Below, piece by piece: positions 61,707-64,000 of a stretch of 64,000 bases of DNA (position 1 is its first letter; the number at the start of each line of letters is the position of its first letter). The position numbers and the translations under genes were made by a program. The stretch covers positions 2,688,001-2,752,000 of the forward strand of contig CAWAIF010000003.1 in assembly GCA_963782055.1 (NCBI GenBank). The letters run 5' to 3'. Under the pieces are notes generated by a model that saw only the letters and a program-made list of their open reading frames with translations, did no database searches and was not told the origin of the DNA. The DNA is from an uncultured delta proteobacterium. Its GTDB lineage: Bacteria > Myxococcota_A > Polyangia > Polyangiales > Polyangiaceae.

Positions 61707-63740
61707 TCAGTTCCCCATCATCTGCTTCATCATCTGGCCCATGCCGTCGCCGCCGTCGTCGCCGCCGCCGCCCCCCATGAGCTGCTGGAGCAGCTTGCTC
61801 GGGTCCACGTTGTCGCCGTCGCCCGAGAGCATCTTCATGAGCTGCTTCATCGGGTCGCCGCCGGCCGGGCCGCCGAAGGGGAGTCCCCCGCCCCCGCCGC
61901 CGCCCTTGTGGTGCTTCACCTTCTTGCCCGCCGCCGTGGCCACCAGGTCCCCGAAGCTCGACTTCCCGAGGTCATCGTCGCCGTGCTTCTGGTCCAGCCA
62001 GCGCGTCGCGAGCGCGTTCACCTTCGGGCCCTTCTTGCCCGCGAGGGCCGCGGCGCTCGCGACGAAGGCGTGGGAGGGCGCCATCGCCAGGTAGTAGACC
62101 TTCACGTACGCCTGCAGCGCCTGGAAGAAGAGCTTGTCGCCGAGGAGCTTGCGAAGCCTCACGTAGAAGTAGGGCGCCTTGCCGTAGACGAGCCCGCCGT
62201 AGACGATCTGCGATTGCTTGCCCGCCGGCGCGTCCGCCACGCCGTCCGGCTCGCCCACCATGCGCATCAGCTCGTAGCCCATGCGGACGTTCATGTCCCC
62301 CTCGCGCTGCGCCCGCTCCTTGCCGTAGCGGTCCTCCAGGTAGAGCATCGCGCTGAACTGGGCGAGCGCCTCGTCCTGCCACGGGTGGCGGCGGGAGTCG
62401 CTCCCCACCGCGCCGTGCCACCACATGTGCGCCACCTCGTGGGCGGTGGTGAACTCGGTGGCGCTCGCCTTCATCGGGCTGTTGGAGCCACCGGCGCCGA
62501 GCAGGCCGCCGAGCAGGGCCTCCATCCCCCCGCCGCCGCCGGAGGCGCTGCCAGAGGGCTTGTAGAACATGCTCGCCACCGTCGCGAGGCCGGCGAACTC
62601 CACGCCGCCCGCGCCGCCGACCAGCGCCTCCTCCACCATCTCCAGCTCGCGGTAAGGGTACTTACCGAAGCGCTTCTGGAAGTCCTTCAGCGCCCACGCC
62701 GCCACGTCCAGCACCTTCGCGCCCGTCTCCGCGTCGCTCTTGCGGTAGTACGAGCGCACCTTGACGCCGTCCACGTCGCGTTCGCTGCTGGTGAACTCGC
62801 TGCTCGTCAAAAGGGCGAAGTCGCGCATCGCGCCGGCCACGAAGTCGATCTTCTTGGTGCCCCCGGTGACCTCTTCGTGCGCGCGCACCCCGCTCGCCGC
62901 GACGACGTAGTCCGCCGGCACCTCGACGTGCATGCGCACGTGGGACAGGGCGTCGGGGCCGATGTCGCCCACCGTGCTCTCGTCCAGGTCCCACTGGCCA
63001 CCGTGGAAGCGGGCCACCACCGGGTAGAAGTTGCCGAAGGAGAGGATGTCGTCGCCCGTGGCGAGCAGGCCGTAGTCGCCGTTGTCGTCGTGCGCGGTCT
63101 CCCCGGTGTTGGGCATCATCGTCTTGAGCGAGCCCATGGCGGCGGCCATCATCGTCGTCTTGCTCGCGTCGATCTTGCGAAGCTTGCCCTCGACGTGCAG
63201 CACGATCCGCAGGCGCCCCTCCTGCAGCAGCGGCTTCTTCAGGTGCACCACGATCGCGTCGCGCCCCAGCGTCTCCACGGTGCATGCAGTCTGCACGCAA
63301 TGCCCGCCGCGCAGCGTCTCCGCGGTGTCGTGCCCGGGCGGGGTGTTGGCGTACATGCGCATCATCACGTCGGAGAGGGGCGTGTTGGTGCGGTTCTGGA
63401 AGTAGACGCGCTCGTCCAGGTGGAACGTGCTCTCGGCGGGGTCCACGGTCATGCGCAGGTCGTAGAGGGGGATGGCGTCCAGCGGCTCGCCCGTCGCCTC
63501 CACGTCCGGGATGACCTCCGGGCGGAGGGCGGCGAGCTGGGCCTTCGGGTCGTACCAGGCGGGCATCGCCGCGTCGGCGGCGGCCTCGGAGGCGGTGATG
63601 GGCAGGGGGTGCGAGGAGCCCTCGCCCGTCCTGTCCGGGCTCTTGCCGTCGATGGGGGCCTCGGCGACGAGGGCCGGCTTCCCGCCCCCACCGCAGCCGG
63701 CGACCACCGCGAAAAGCCCCAGGATTCGAAGCACGCGCAT
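61707..63740 (-). CDS. M1-family (gluzincin) metallopeptidase lipoprotein
   Basis: VAGC lipobox; GGVEF exopeptidase motif; HEVAHMWW...DEALA (HExxH-x18-E); VYGKA. Confidence 0.88.
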   Translation of the reverse strand: MRVLRILGLFAVVAGCGGGGKPALVAEAPIDGKSPDRTGEGSSHPLPITASEAAADAAMPAWYDPKAQLAALRPEVIPDVEATGEPLDAIPLYDLRMTVDPAESTFHLDERVYFQNRTNTPLSDVMMRMYANTPPGHDTAETLRGGHCVQTACTVETLGRDAIVVHLKKPLLQEGRLRIVLHVEGKLRKIDASKTTMMAAAMGSLKTMMPNTGETAHDDNGDYGLLATGDDILSFGNFYPVVARFHGGQWDLDESTVGDIGPDALSHVRMHVEVPADYVVAASGVRAHEEVTGGTKKIDFVAGAMRDFALLTSSEFTSSERDVDGVKVRSYYRKSDAETGAKVLDVAAWALKDFQKRFGKYPYRELEMVEEALVGGAGGVEFAGLATVASMFYKPSGSASGGGGGMEALLGGLLGAGGSNSPMKASATEFTTAHEVAHMWWHGAVGSDSRRHPWQDEALAQFSAMLYLEDRYGKERAQREGDMNVRMGYELMRMVGEPDGVADAPAGKQSQIVYGGLVYGKAPYFYVRLRKLLGDKLFFQALQAYVKVYYLAMAPSHAFVASAAALAGKKGPKVNALATRWLDQKHGDDDLGKSSFGDLVATAAGKKVKHHKGGGGGGGLPFGGPAGGDPMKQLMKMLSGDGDNVDPSKLLQQLMGGGGGDDGGDGMGQMMKQMMGN

Positions 63741-63818
63741 GACACGAGTTGTAGCACCCCCTGGCCCTGTAAGGTCCGGCCGCGGCCCCCGTTCTTCAGG
63801 CAAACGGAGGGTCTGGTC

Positions 63819-64000
63819 ATGCGAAGCAAGTGGCTGTGGGTTTTGGGGATTCTGGTTGCCATGTCCGGCTGCGGCGGCGGTGGGAGCTACGGCTACTCCG
63901 CGGCGAAATCGGCCTCGCCGGCCAGCTACGAGCCGGGCGGATACGCCGGAGCGGCGGCCCCCGCCGCGGACGCGCGGGGCTACGGCGGGTCCTCCTCGGC
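63819..64000 (+). CDS. Lipoprotein, 5' part only
   Basis: GGAGG RBS; MRSKWLWVLGILVAMSGCGGGG; open to the window end. Confidence 0.65.
   Translation, partial: MRSKWLWVLGILVAMSGCGGGGSYGYSAAKSASPASYEPGGYAGAAAPAADARGYGGSSS

Overview
Very GC-rich DNA that looks like a Polyangiaceae/Sorangium-type myxobacterium (many Hanks kinases, PEGA/TPR proteins, Cys-rich lipoproteins). Positions 1-33.7 kb and 54.85-64 kb are ordinary chromosome: scattered arginine biosynthesis genes (argH, argG, an argJ-argB fusion, argC), tricorn protease, thioredoxin/ECF sigma, a molybdopterin oxidoreductase, GH38, five Ser/Thr kinase-family genes (one a pseudokinase), an FHA-GGDEF protein, an RluA-RlmI fusion, serA and an M1 peptidase. 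Positions ~33.8-54.8 kb are an accessory mosaic. Its main structure is four copies of a 100-bp repeat identical to the downstream (oriIS-like) end of a decayed IS91/ISCR-like transposase gene. The repeats separate unrelated, often truncated cargo segments, including two orphan polymorphic-toxin tip/immunity pairs. Two of the repeats are interrupted at the same C|TTATG position by a tyrosine-recombinase + Y2-transposase element built like an integron cassette with an attC-like end. A second 121-bp direct repeat brackets a DMP19/DUF4375-like gene. Family names come from motif recognition by eye; no database searches were run.
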